A stretch of 64,000 nucleotides of DNA from positions 83,285 to 147,284 of the forward strand of contig SDNP01000002.1 of NCBI GenBank assembly GCA_004524445.1, written 5' to 3'. Each line of letters opens with the position of its first letter. Within the stretch, counting starts at the first letter, position 1. Shown here piece after piece: positions 18,547 to 27,902 of the stretch. A model generated the notes under the pieces. That model did not search any database and had not been told where the DNA came from. It worked only from the letters and a program-made list of their open reading frames with translations. The translations under genes were made by a program, and so were the position numbers. Source of the DNA: Candidatus Thorarchaeota archaeon (GTDB taxonomy: Archaea > Asgardarchaeota > Thorarchaeia > Thorarchaeales > Thorarchaeaceae).

Positions 18547-19392
18547 TTATCTGTTAGAATCAAGGTTGATATCAAAGACCATATGACTAACGCCCGGTGA
18601 ATACTTCTTAATCGGTCTGGAAGAAATTTTGGCCATGAATCCATATTCTGAAGATTCAGTAATAATTGTATTACGGATTTTCCTCTCATCATTTCCATGT
18701 ACTAAGCTGTGCATATGGATAATCCCGCCCCGGAATCGTAATCCATTCAACGCATGTGGCAAATAATCAACTGTATCATGTAGATATCCCATCACAATTC
18801 TATCCGCATCCCTAAATGTCACATCTCTGCAGTCTCCTAATACTGCCGTCATATTCTCATGAACCTCATTCATTCTGATGTTCTGACATAGGAAATCGTA
18901 TGCCAAGTCATTAATATCAATGGCCAAGACATTTGCCCCTGAATGAAAAGCTATTGGCAATGAAAACTGGCCGACACAAGCAAACATGTCAACAACATGC
19001 TCATCTGAACTAACCTGCTGAGAGAGAAAAATTCTCTCATTCACATTGCCTCGAGAAAATGTAATTCGCATCGGATTGAGTTTGAATTCTATCCCGTTCT
19101 CGGTATGAGTTGTTGTTGTGTTCTTACTACCAGCCACTAGTTTGTAGTTCGGAATTCGTTTTTGACCACGTGTTGGCCCCATTCTTACTCCAACGGATTT
19201 GGATCTAGACTCAAATTCTAATGTGAGCTCTCCAATAACATCTGCCAAAGGTAGTAGATCGGGGTGAATACTCAATAGCACCACGTGACCGATTAATTGA
19301 TACCCCTTGGGAAGCTTAGCAGGGTCCTCTATAGAATTGCCAATCGCATTCACTAAGAAATCATAATATTTCATGCTCTCAACTTCAATCAA
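18547..19392 (-). CDS. taw2: Trm5/Tyw2-family SAM-dependent tRNA-modifying enzyme (Taw2-like)
   Basis: YQLIGHV, HTENG, FSRGNVNER, VVDMFACVGQFS and ADRIVMGY. Confidence 0.75.
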   Translation of the reverse strand: MIEVESMKYYDFLVNAIGNSIEDPAKLPKGYQLIGHVVLLSIHPDLLPLADVIGELTLEFESRSKSVGVRMGPTRGQKRIPNYKLVAGSKNTTTTHTENGIEFKLNPMRITFSRGNVNERIFLSQQVSSDEHVVDMFACVGQFSLPIAFHSGANVLAIDINDLAYDFLCQNIRMNEVHENMTAVLGDCRDVTFRDADRIVMGYLHDTVDYLPHALNGLRFRGGIIHMHSLVHGNDERKIRNTIITESSEYGFMAKISSRPIKKYSPGVSHMVFDINLDSNR

Positions 19393-19410
19393 GGAAAACG
19401 ATTGCTGATT

Positions 19411-20622
19411 TTAGCCGTACATATGCGATTTAATCTCGTTAGCTCTTCCTCTATTCCTGACTTTCTCTATGGCCATTCTAAAGTCAGTCTGAGTGACATA
19501 TCCGCGTTCAGCTCGAATTGCAAACATACCTGCTTCAGTGACAATTGCCTTCAAATCAGCTCCAGTAGTTCCCCGAGTCGCTGAAACAAGCTGATTATAA
19601 TCGACATCAGAATCTACAGTTAGTGGCCTAGTATGAATCTTGAAGATTTCTTTTCGACCCTTTTCATCAGGTTTTGGAAAGTCTATGATTCTGTCGAATC
19701 TCCCAGGACGGAGCAAAGCCGGATCCAAAATGTCGGGTCTATTTGTGGCACCCAAAATTGCAACTTGACCTCGACTTTCAAATCCATCTAATTCGCTCAG
19801 AAGCTGCATCAAGGTTCTCTGAACCTCTCGGTCTCCAGATGTTGCTATGTCCAGCCTTTGTGAACCTACAGCATCGAGCTCATCAATAAACACTATTGCT
19901 GGAGATTTCTCTTTGGCCAACATGAATATCTCTCGCACCAAACGAGCACCTTCTCCAATGAACTTCTGAACAAGTTCCGATCCAATGACACGAATAAATG
20001 TCGCATTTGTCTGATGCGCAACTGCTCTCGCACTCAATGTCTTGCCTGTTCCTGGCGGGCCTGTAAGTAAGACACCTCTGGGAGGCTCAATTCCAATTTG
20101 TTCAAACAACTCGGGTTTCAGCAGGGGATACTCGACAGTTTCTTGTATCTCTCTGAGCTGCTCCTCTAGGCCACCAATATCTACATATGACACTTGAGGT
20201 TTCTCTTCAATCTCCATCGCACGAATGAGTGGATCTCTCGAAGGAGGGAGTTCTTGTGTTACTGCAAACGATCTTTGATTGAGGGCAACACGCGTTCCAG
20301 ATTGTAACTTCTCACTCGATATAGAAGATGAAACATGAACAACAAAATTTGGTCCAGTTGAGCTTTTCACTATTGCTCGACCATCTTCAAGCATTTCGAC
20401 AATGGTAGCCGTAATCAATGGCGATTGTCTTAGCTTCTCCAGTTCTGTCCTAAGAGTTTGAGTCTCCTTCTCAAGCCTACTACATTCGGCGTGGAGGATT
20501 TGCTTCTCTGTTTCCAGTGCTCTAAGACGTCTCTCCAAATGTCGAGCATAGCTCTGTGAATATGAAGAGTCCTCGACGCCACCATCTTCTTTTGCATCAG
20601 TACTACCTGGCAATCGATGCAC
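19411..20622 (-). CDS. pan: Proteasome-activating nucleotidase
   Basis: Coiled coil, [30 protein letters not shown] and C-terminal HbYX (MYG). Confidence 0.95.
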   Translation of the reverse strand: MHRLPGSTDAKEDGGVEDSSYSQSYARHLERRLRALETEKQILHAECSRLEKETQTLRTELEKLRQSPLITATIVEMLEDGRAIVKSSTGPNFVVHVSSSISSEKLQSGTRVALNQRSFAVTQELPPSRDPLIRAMEIEEKPQVSYVDIGGLEEQLREIQETVEYPLLKPELFEQIGIEPPRGVLLTGPPGTGKTLSARAVAHQTNATFIRVIGSELVQKFIGEGARLVREIFMLAKEKSPAIVFIDELDAVGSQRLDIATSGDREVQRTLMQLLSELDGFESRGQVAILGATNRPDILDPALLRPGRFDRIIDFPKPDEKGRKEIFKIHTRPLTVDSDVDYNQLVSATRGTTGADLKAIVTEAGMFAIRAERGYVTQTDFRMAIEKVRNRGRANEIKSHMYG

Positions 20623-20782
20623 CTCGACCTCACTTTCTATAGTATCGATTTAAGGATATCCTTAACGTTCACCATTTTTTGTATCAGGGTTTCAATTCTC
20701 TACATAATGTTATTTTCACATTCCATTTTCGTAATACCAGTATTACAATACAGGGGAGAAATGTTTTACAAAAGGAATGAGA

Positions 20783-20878
20783 TGGAGCCCCAGGCGAGAG
20801 TTGAACTCGCGATCTCCTGATTACAAGTCAGGCGCAGTTTCGACCTGCATAAGCAGTAGGCCGCTTTGCTACTGGGGC
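20783..20878 (-). tRNA. tRNA-Thr(UGU) with about 17-nt D-loop intron, CCA encoded
   Basis: Acceptor GCCCCAG/CTGGGGC, anticodon loop CTTGTAA and BHB GGCC/GGTC with TAC and GAA bulges. Confidence 0.9.
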
Positions 20879-21195
20879 ACAATTGCTCTCCTCATGGTAT
20901 GTGTTATAGAGTTTTCGTAGTATCAAATAACTCGCTTCAGAATACCACTGGAATTAAGGATATTGAGGATAAAAAGGAATATTCGGGACGGATTTTCTGA
21001 TTCTATGAGATTACTAGTGGTATATTAGGCACATGTTTATGAAGCCCTAAGCTTCAGTAAGTAATAGAAAGAAGTATCATTGAGTCCGATGAGTGTGACA
21101 TCAGGGTCATACAAACCCTCAATGCCTATAAGAAATCTAAAATAGTATACATAGGATTCCATCTTCTGTGGATATGTACTAGTAGGTGACGCCAA

Positions 21196-22215
21196 TTGCA
21201 AACCCCTTACAGCGAATTTACGAGGTTCATCTTTGAATTATTTCAGAATCTAACTGATATCTTCCAACCACTTGGAATTCCTTTTGGCCCAATTGCATGG
21301 TTCTATATAATCACAGTTGCACCCTTATTTGTAATCATACTAGTACTGGTTGTGCGGAAACGTGGTGCTGCAAAAGACGATGTGACACAAGGTATTCAAA
21401 GAATTATTGCATCAACTGGTGACGTTTCCAGCGGCATATCAGGGACAAAGAAACTAGGATTTATCACAAGCCCCTCTGACGCCCTTGTTTTCCTAAAAAT
21501 AGAAGAAAATGCAATCAAGCAAGCTCTATCTGCAGCTGAATACTACTCAAATCAAGGCGATCTTGACTCCGAGATTGCGGATAAAATCGCCACTGTCTAC
21601 AACAATAGACTTGCTGCTGTGCAAACAGCAATCGCTAAGGACCAAGACCTAAAGGATATTGTCGATGCAGATACAGCTATTGACAAAGCAAGATCTGACT
21701 ATTTACAGAAGCTGGCAGCGATGTCTGGAACTGCTGTGGAATCAGATACGGAAGAAGCAGGCCCACCAAGTGTTGGCCCTCCAACTTCAGCAGCTGAACC
21801 TACCTCACCAGTAGAACCAGCGGAAGCCGGTCCTCCATCAGGCGGTCCCCCAGGCGGTGCCGCACCAAGTGCAGGCCCACCAGGTGGTGCACCTAGCGGA
21901 GGCCCGCCGAGTGGCGGCCCACCCAGCGGAGGTCCCCCAACTGGAGGTCCACCTACTGGCAGTGCCCCTTCCAGTGGAGTCCCGCCGGGCGGGGACACTC
22001 CTAGTGCTGAACCCCCAAGCGGTGCCGCACCAAGTGCAGGCCCACCAGGTGGTGTACCAAGCAGTGCTCCACCGACTGCAGAAGCCGCACCGGCTGAAAT
22101 GGCTGCTGCCCCAGATACGGTCGCCAAACCTTCTACCAGTGGAAGTAAAAGCTCACTACAATCTGAGATGCTAGCTGAAATGGAACGTCTTAAGGCCCTT
22201 ATGAGTGGCGATTAA
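21196..22215 (+). CDS. Single-pass membrane protein with long Pro/Gly-rich repeat region and C-terminal amphipathic helix
   Basis: TM WFYIITVAPLFVIILVLVV followed by RKR, a helical domain, (GGPPS)n repeats and C-terminal SLQSEMLAEMERLKALM. Confidence 0.8.
   Translation: MQTPYSEFTRFIFELFQNLTDIFQPLGIPFGPIAWFYIITVAPLFVIILVLVVRKRGAAKDDVTQGIQRIIASTGDVSSGISGTKKLGFITSPSDALVFLKIEENAIKQALSAAEYYSNQGDLDSEIADKIATVYNNRLAAVQTAIAKDQDLKDIVDADTAIDKARSDYLQKLAAMSGTAVESDTEEAGPPSVGPPTSAAEPTSPVEPAEAGPPSGGPPGGAAPSAGPPGGAPSGGPPSGGPPSGGPPTGGPPTGSAPSSGVPPGGDTPSAEPPSGAAPSAGPPGGVPSSAPPTAEAAPAEMAAAPDTVAKPSTSGSKSSLQSEMLAEMERLKALMSGD
21854..22054 (+). repeat. Intragenic exact 36-bp direct repeat plus 15-bp GGPPS units
   Basis: GCGGTGCCGCACCAAGTGCAGGCCCACCAGGTGGTG at 21854-21889 and 22019-22054. 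Confidence 0.8.
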
Positions 22216-22315
22216 ACAAAAACAGAATGATGGACAATTTTCCCGATATAGGAACATGATATCCAGAAAATCTCCCAAGTGGTAGTTATTAGCAATTGCA
22301 TGACCAAGGTAATGT

Positions 22316-22522
22316 ATGGAGCCAGCTCAACGTCGAATCATAGGCGATAATGTCTATCATCTTGCCAAAATATTTGAGCATGGTACTGAAGCCGTTCGAC
22401 TTGCAAGACATCTCAAAAAAAGGAATCATGTGATTCTGTCGAGAACGTCAAACGGGGAGTGGGCAGTATATCACAGGCCCAAATCCAAAAGCAAAGAAAT
22501 ATCCTTGGAGTCCATGCATTAG
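22316..22522 (+). CDS. Hypothetical small basic protein
   Basis: 68-aa ATG ORF filling the gap, co-oriented with its neighbours. Confidence 0.55.
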   Translation: MEPAQRRIIGDNVYHLAKIFEHGTEAVRLARHLKKRNHVILSRTSNGEWAVYHRPKSKSKEISLESMH

Positions 22523-22590
22523 TTTTTATTCCACTCATTGGTTCAATTCTTGAACACGGATAGCATTGACTAATGGTTTAGGGAGAAAGA

Positions 22591-23274
22591 ATGATGTCGA
22601 AAGCAAAACAGGAAGCTGCAATGAGTGCATTAAATGTGGTTCCAGATAGTGGAGCTATTGGTCTTGGTAGTGGCTCTACAGTGGCAATATTCGCGAAAGA
22701 GCTTGGAAAAAAAATTGGTCAAGGCCAAGTTGACATCAAAGTTGTTCCCAGCTCCTATCAAGCATATCAGCTTGCGATTAGACACTCCATCCCCCTTACA
22801 AATCTAGATTTAAATCCCCTTCTTTCAATCACAGTGGATGGTGCTGATGAAGTAGACAAAAATCTGAACTTGACAAAAGGCGGTGGAGGAGCTCTTTTTC
22901 AAGAGAAAATAGTGGCTTCTGCTTCTGATGAACTACATATTATAGTCGACGAATCAAAATTGGTAGATAACTTATCAACTAAATTACCAATTCCCATAGA
23001 AGTACTTCCTTTCTCTCTTGGAGTAGTCAAAAGAAAAATCGAAGCAATGAGTATTCAAGTGAAAGTTAGAGAAGCAAAGAGGAAAATGGGGCCTGTTATA
23101 ACTGATAATGGAAACTTCATTCTCGATTTGAAATTCGCCAAACCAATAGAAGAACCCGGAGAAATTGCTACACAACTAAAGATGATCCCTGGGGTTATTG
23201 AAACAGGTTTGTTTATGGGAATGACCACCCAAGTTCATGTCGGCACAGAAACACAATCATACATTTTGGAATGA
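22591..23274 (+). CDS. rpiA: Ribose-5-phosphate isomerase A
   Basis: GLGSGST, DGADEVD, KGGGGA, EKIVA and TDNGN. Confidence 0.95.
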   Translation: MMSKAKQEAAMSALNVVPDSGAIGLGSGSTVAIFAKELGKKIGQGQVDIKVVPSSYQAYQLAIRHSIPLTNLDLNPLLSITVDGADEVDKNLNLTKGGGGALFQEKIVASASDELHIIVDESKLVDNLSTKLPIPIEVLPFSLGVVKRKIEAMSIQVKVREAKRKMGPVITDNGNFILDLKFAKPIEEPGEIATQLKMIPGVIETGLFMGMTTQVHVGTETQSYILE

Positions 23275-23287
23275 ATCAAACTGTAGA

Positions 23288-23395
23288 TGGCGGGCCCGCC
23301 CGGATTCGAACCGGGGAAAACTTGCTTAGGAGGCAAGTGCCCTATGGGCCGACATAGGGAACAAACCCTAACATTCCCGGCTAGGCCACGGGCCC
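23288..23395 (-). tRNA. tRNA-Arg(CCU) with 30-nt D-loop intron, CCA encoded
   Basis: Acceptor GGGCCCG/CGGGCCC, loop CTCCTAA and BHB GCCG/CGGC. Splicing restores GCCTAGCCGGGATAGGGC. Confidence 0.9.
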
Positions 23396-23444
23396 TTCGA
23401 TGCGTCGAAATCCCAAGTTGCTGTTAAACGTTTTGCGCTCTCGC

Positions 23445-24725
23445 TTATTGCGCTACCTTTGCAGATATTTCAGCACCTTCTTCCATGGCGTCAACTAACA
23501 TGCTACCCTGCCTAGTCTTAATGCGTATTGAACTCTCACCATTTTTCCCAATCACAGTGGTAAAGAGATAGATGTCATCTGCATAAATCTCCAACCGCTG
23601 TTTAGCGTATTTTCTACCAGCATACACCTTTACTTTCTTTTTTGAGTAACTGACAGAAACTGGCACGGTCTGTCCAGGAACCCCTCTGTACCTTGATCTG
23701 TCTTGTTTACCTGTTCTTGGACTACCACCTTTCACAGGCACAACTACCTTCTCGCCGCCAAAGGTAAAAATCTCATATTCTAGCCATCCTTGCTCAAAAT
23801 CTCTTACCTCAATGACGGGTCTAGCGAGGTCTCTTTTGGAACTACTCATACCCGTTGGCAATTTTACCTTAAGGGAAAGCGAAACCACTTTGGCAACCAA
23901 CCCCGCCTCGATATGAATGACGGTATCTACTGTACTAGGTAGTTGACCGAGTTCAACACGTCCTCCCAACATCAATCTCTGAATCGCGTCTATTGGTGAG
24001 CCCGCATGAACTACACCAACCATACCAACTCCAGCTGATCTCAAATCAGAGTACGCCTGAAAATCTGCATCCTTTCTTAGCTCGTCATATATTACATAAT
24101 CAGGACGCACTAGTAGCAAGATGTCAGCTGCCTTTTCCATACTTCCGTCAAGCGGTGAATACTGCACTATCTCATCATCCACTTGCAAATCTCTTGGCTG
24201 TTCAAGTGTTTTTACGATGTTATCTTTGGAACTATAGAATTCTGCCAATGCAGCAGAAAAAGTACTCTTTCCCGAGCCTGGTGACCCTGTTACGAGTATT
24301 CCTTCTGCTCGTGTTTCAAGTCGCTTCATAAGTTTAGTACTGAGATGGTAGTCTTCCATAGACAATTTAGTGATGGGCCTGATTGCTGAAATCTCATATT
24401 TATCAGCAAAGGGCGGCATTGCAATTGCTATACGCAAGTTTCTCAACTGCACAACTGCCGCACCATCTTCTTCAATTTCAATGAATGACTCTCTATCATA
24501 CGTGGCAGTTTCAATTATTGCTGTGGCAAGTGTGTCCAGCTCTTCGTGTGTAAGCAGCCTTTCAGAGAGCTTCACGAGACTCCAATCACCCGGTGAACCA
24601 CGTTTTGCGCGAGGCGGATTATTTTCCACAAGATGTACACTCATCGTATGGTCATCAAAAAACGCGTTTAGAGTGAGTATCTCTTCTTCATAATTATCAT
24701 CATCGATCCAATCATTTCTCATCAT
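23445..24725 (-). CDS. PINA-like (VirB11/PilT-type) ATPase lacking the N-terminal PIN domain
   Basis: [48 protein letters not shown] and [10 protein letters not shown]. Confidence 0.85.
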   Translation of the reverse strand: MMRNDWIDDDNYEEEILTLNAFFDDHTMSVHLVENNPPRAKRGSPGDWSLVKLSERLLTHEELDTLATAIIETATYDRESFIEIEEDGAAVVQLRNLRIAIAMPPFADKYEISAIRPITKLSMEDYHLSTKLMKRLETRAEGILVTGSPGSGKSTFSAALAEFYSSKDNIVKTLEQPRDLQVDDEIVQYSPLDGSMEKAADILLLVRPDYVIYDELRKDADFQAYSDLRSAGVGMVGVVHAGSPIDAIQRLMLGGRVELGQLPSTVDTVIHIEAGLVAKVVSLSLKVKLPTGMSSSKRDLARPVIEVRDFEQGWLEYEIFTFGGEKVVVPVKGGSPRTGKQDRSRYRGVPGQTVPVSVSYSKKKVKVYAGRKYAKQRLEIYADDIYLFTTVIGKNGESSIRIKTRQGSMLVDAMEEGAEISAKVAQ

Positions 24726-25351
24726 TCATAATCTCCTATTTTCTGCAATTCCATTCTCGCTACAGTGTAATAGTTGACCTCTCCATTTTGGTCAACCAGA
24801 GCAAAAACAAGTTCTTTTCTGGAGGTAGCAGCTGTTTCCGTTACCAAATCTAGCTCGTTCAGGGATATGGGATTACCTTCCTTCAAGACGTATACCAACT
24901 GATTTGCAACTGAGTTCCCAGGCTTGTCGCCTCTCTCATATACTCTAAACCCAATCCCTGACCCAAACCCTGACCTAACAGCATAACCCCGACTCCTGAG
25001 GTCACGAAATACAAGATATTTACTCCAGAGATTTTTGTCGGTTTGGGAAACTTGACTCACAATATCTTCCGCGTCCATGACATTTCCAGCAGGGGTTTCA
25101 ACTACGATGCGACTTCGTTCAATCAGATGAAGCATTTCAATGGGAGACAATTCCAACTCTGCATTTGGTAGCCTCTCACCATAGAATCCTTGCTGTGAAA
25201 TTCTATCAGCATCTTCTTTGCCAACTATTGCTTTTTTCCCACTAAAAATTGCTTTTGATGGTTCTTCATCCTCTGATTCTTCTTGATTCACCTCATGATT
25301 TGACTCATTTTCCGTTTCATCGAAATCATACTTGTCAGACACAATACACAC
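24722..25351 (-). CDS. endA: tRNA-splicing endonuclease subunit (probably structural beta subunit)
   Basis: LSPIEMLHL, YLVFRDLRSRGY.VRSG, FRVY and RKELVFALVD. The catalytic His after FRVY is not seen. Confidence 0.85.
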   Translation of the reverse strand: MCIVSDKYDFDETENESNHEVNQEESEDEEPSKAIFSGKKAIVGKEDADRISQQGFYGERLPNAELELSPIEMLHLIERSRIVVETPAGNVMDAEDIVSQVSQTDKNLWSKYLVFRDLRSRGYAVRSGFGSGIGFRVYERGDKPGNSVANQLVYVLKEGNPISLNELDLVTETAATSRKELVFALVDQNGEVNYYTVARMELQKIGDYE

Positions 25352-25399
25352 ACATACTTGGGCGGCGTAATTAATGTGAAAAACTCTTCGACATGACAG

Positions 25400-25927
25400 A
25401 TGGTAAGAACTATAGCATATAGAAGATATTCACTTTCTGTGATCGACCCTAAATTGACTGAACAACTCATGCAATTCTTATCGAATAGCAAAAGAGTAGC
25501 AATCTTAGGTATTGGGAACGACCTCAGAACAGACGACGGAATTGGCCCCTTTGTAGTTGAGAATCTGCAGACCAATAATGATAACGTATTGATTGAAGAC
25601 GTTGGTTCCGTACCCGAGGCATTTACAAAAAGAGTCTCCGAATTTGGGGCTGATAGAGTCATCCTTATCGACGCTGCAGATATGAGAAAACCTGTGGGAC
25701 ATATCGAGCTCGTGACAAAGGATCGAATTGGAGGCATCGCCATTAGCACACATAGTATGCCTCTCTCACTTTTGATGGAATATCTTGAGCAACAAACTGA
25801 TGCCCAAACAATTCTGATAGGAATTCAGCCTCAAAATATCCAATTTGGGGACCGCATGACTCCAGAATTGAAGCTCATCGGTAAGAAGCTTATTAGCATG
25901 ATCGACTCTATCTTGAAAACATACTAG
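25400..25927 (+). CDS. hycI: Hydrogenase maturation protease, HycI type
   Basis: LGIGNDLRTDDGIGP, VPE, IDAA, STHSMP and IGIQP. True start is probably somewhat downstream. Confidence 0.88.
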   Translation: MVRTIAYRRYSLSVIDPKLTEQLMQFLSNSKRVAILGIGNDLRTDDGIGPFVVENLQTNNDNVLIEDVGSVPEAFTKRVSEFGADRVILIDAADMRKPVGHIELVTKDRIGGIAISTHSMPLSLLMEYLEQQTDAQTILIGIQPQNIQFGDRMTPELKLIGKKLISMIDSILKTY

Positions 25928-25940
25928 AGAGGTAAGTACA

Positions 25941-26978
25941 ATGTACCGGACAATAGAATGGTTGGATGAAAAAAATCAGGTGCGACTAGTAGACCAAACA
26001 AAACTGCCACTGACCAAGGCATTCATCGTAACTGGAAGCCATGAGCGCATAGCGGAATCTATCAAAGTCATGGAAATCCGAGGTGCTCCCGCCATAGGTG
26101 CAGCTGCAGCGATGGGAATGGCACTGGCTGCTTTGGAAAGTAACGCAGAAACCAAGAAGCAGCTAATTTCAGACTTGGAAGCTGCTGCTGAAACCCTGAA
26201 CACTCGTCCCACTGCTGTGAACTTGACATGGGCGACTAATCGAATACTGCAAGTTGCAAATGCAACTGAGGGTGATGTTGAATCTATTATTGACCGACTT
26301 ATTGAAGAAGCAAAGGAAGTTGCTGAAGAAGATGTACGTATGTGCAGGGCTATTGGCGAAAACGCTTTGCCCTTCATTGAATCTGGCGCCACAATCCAGA
26401 CAATCTGCAATGCCGGTTCTCTGGCAACAGTCCATCTTGGCACAGTAGGTGCAGTGGTCAGAGTAGCCCATGAAGAGCATGCTGGTAATATTAGCGTATT
26501 TGCTGCAGAAACTCGTCCCCGTCAACAAGGCGCCAGATTAACGGTTTATGAATTCATGGAGGATGATATAGACACGACACTGATTACGGATGGTATGATT
26601 GGGACCGTTTTCAAACAAGGGATGGTTGACTGTTGTGTAGTTGGCAGTGACAGAGTTCTTGGAACTGGACACGTCACCAATAAGATAGGAACCTATACTA
26701 TGGCCATTACCGCGAAGCATCATGATATTCCCTTCTATGTCGTTGCTCCTACTAGTACAGTCGATATCGACAACGGACCCGAAAGCGTTGAAATCGAAGA
26801 ACGTGATCCAGATGAGATACGCATCATCAATGGAGAGTACGTGACCCGACCCGATGCCAAGGTCTACAACCCTGCATTTGACATAACGCCCCCTGAACTC
26901 ATCACGGCAATCATCACTGAGAAGGGAGTTGTAGAGAATCCCACTAGAGCAAAGATGAGGGAGATGTACGAGAAATAG
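25941..26978 (+). CDS. mtnA: Methylthioribose-1-phosphate isomerase
   Basis: DQTKLP, MEIRGAPAIG, TRPTAVNL, CNAGSLAT, ETRPRQQGARLT, NKIGTY and NPAFDITP. Confidence 0.92.
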   Translation: MYRTIEWLDEKNQVRLVDQTKLPLTKAFIVTGSHERIAESIKVMEIRGAPAIGAAAAMGMALAALESNAETKKQLISDLEAAAETLNTRPTAVNLTWATNRILQVANATEGDVESIIDRLIEEAKEVAEEDVRMCRAIGENALPFIESGATIQTICNAGSLATVHLGTVGAVVRVAHEEHAGNISVFAAETRPRQQGARLTVYEFMEDDIDTTLITDGMIGTVFKQGMVDCCVVGSDRVLGTGHVTNKIGTYTMAITAKHHDIPFYVVAPTSTVDIDNGPESVEIEERDPDEIRIINGEYVTRPDAKVYNPAFDITPPELITAIITEKGVVENPTRAKMREMYEK

Positions 26979-27105
26979 CAGACGCTATCGCTTCATCTAG
27001 TTAGTCGATTTCATATCTAGTGAAGAATCGATCTTTCCATGCTATTCTCTGAACCGTCATTCATCAATCCCCGGGCTCTTGATTTCATGTAGTCACTAAG
27101 AAAGA

Positions 27106-27183
27106 TGGTGGGCCGCGGCGGATTTGAACCACCGATCTTCTCGGTGTAAGCGAGACATCATAGCCGGGCTAGACTAGCGGCCC
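27106..27183 (-). tRNA. tRNA-Val(UAC), no intron, CCA encoded
   Basis: Acceptor GGGCCGC/GCGGCCC, loop CTTACAC and T-loop GTTCAAATC. Confidence 0.93.
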
Positions 27184-27220
27184 TAAAATCAGTGCCGGTT
27201 TGTCCGCATAAAAGAATTAC

Positions 27221-27898
27221 CTATTGTCTATTTCCTACTAGATGGATTTCTTGAGTCGATTCGTCCAGAACCGCTGCCTTCAAACTATGAAATCCCATGC
27301 TTTGGACTTGTTTCACTAGCTGTTTTTGATTATCGCTTGTTGTCTGAAACTTGAAGGCAGCAATCAGTATTCCTCCCGATTTCAAGACGGAACGATAAGA
27401 TGCAATGAGTTCCAACGTTCCTTGCACGTCCGTGGTCACATCAATCAACAACACATCAAACTGCTCCTCCTCAAAGATTCTCTTAGGTTCCAGTTCAAAT
27501 GCATTGCCAACAATGAGTGACAACGTTTCGTTTTTCTGGATAATGGGTATCAGCATTTCCACAAATTGCTCGGAAATCTCGATGGCGGTAACTCTCAGAC
27601 CTCTGTCTTTCAAATAATGTAGAAAGCCACCTGCAGAGCTACCGATATCAATGGCATTTGTGTCTCGATTAAACTGAACTTGCGGAAATAACTCATCCAA
27701 CTTCTTGAGCTTGAAATAACCCTCAGGATAGTCCTTTGCCTCGGGCGAAACCACGACGTTTTCTTTTCCGGTGACTCTTTTGGAAGGTTTTACTTTTTCC
27801 CCATTTACCGTCACTAACCCTTGTTTGATTGCTCTCTTAGCCATCTGTCTTGATGAGAACCGACCAGTTTCAACCAGCCAGACATCGAAACGTGGCAT
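27221..27898 (-). CDS. TlyA-like S4-domain/FtsJ-type RNA methyltransferase
   Basis: S4 motif RFDVWL...SRQMAKRAIKQGLVTVNG, GYFKL and DIGSSAGGF. Start trimmed to ATG 27898. Confidence 0.85.
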   Translation of the reverse strand: MPRFDVWLVETGRFSSRQMAKRAIKQGLVTVNGEKVKPSKRVTGKENVVVSPEAKDYPEGYFKLKKLDELFPQVQFNRDTNAIDIGSSAGGFLHYLKDRGLRVTAIEISEQFVEMLIPIIQKNETLSLIVGNAFELEPKRIFEEEQFDVLLIDVTTDVQGTLELIASYRSVLKSGGILIAAFKFQTTSDNQKQLVKQVQSMGFHSLKAAVLDESTQEIHLVGNRQ

Positions 27899-27902
27899 AC
27901 AA

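Larger units (their letters stand above)
5895..20747. repeat. Field of 15 tandem arrays (2-3 units) of the 9-bp quasi-palindrome NGTAWTACA; candidate centromere/parS-like sites
   Basis: Arrays at 5895-5912, 8148-8165, 8789-8806, 9579-9596, 10656-10673, 11238-11255, 11733-11750, 12830-12856, 13580-13606, 14165-14182, 15138-15164, 15630-15647, 16928-16954, 18658-18675 and 20730-20747. Confidence 0.8.

Noticed and set aside
18471-18698. N-terminal extension of NAC given by the ORF track
   Set aside because: It overlaps taw2 on the same strand, and NAC homology starts at MGFRGLSPKQ.
21699-22174. Alternative-frame ORFs over the Pro/Gly repeat
   Set aside because: They are by-products of GC-rich repeats lacking stop codons.
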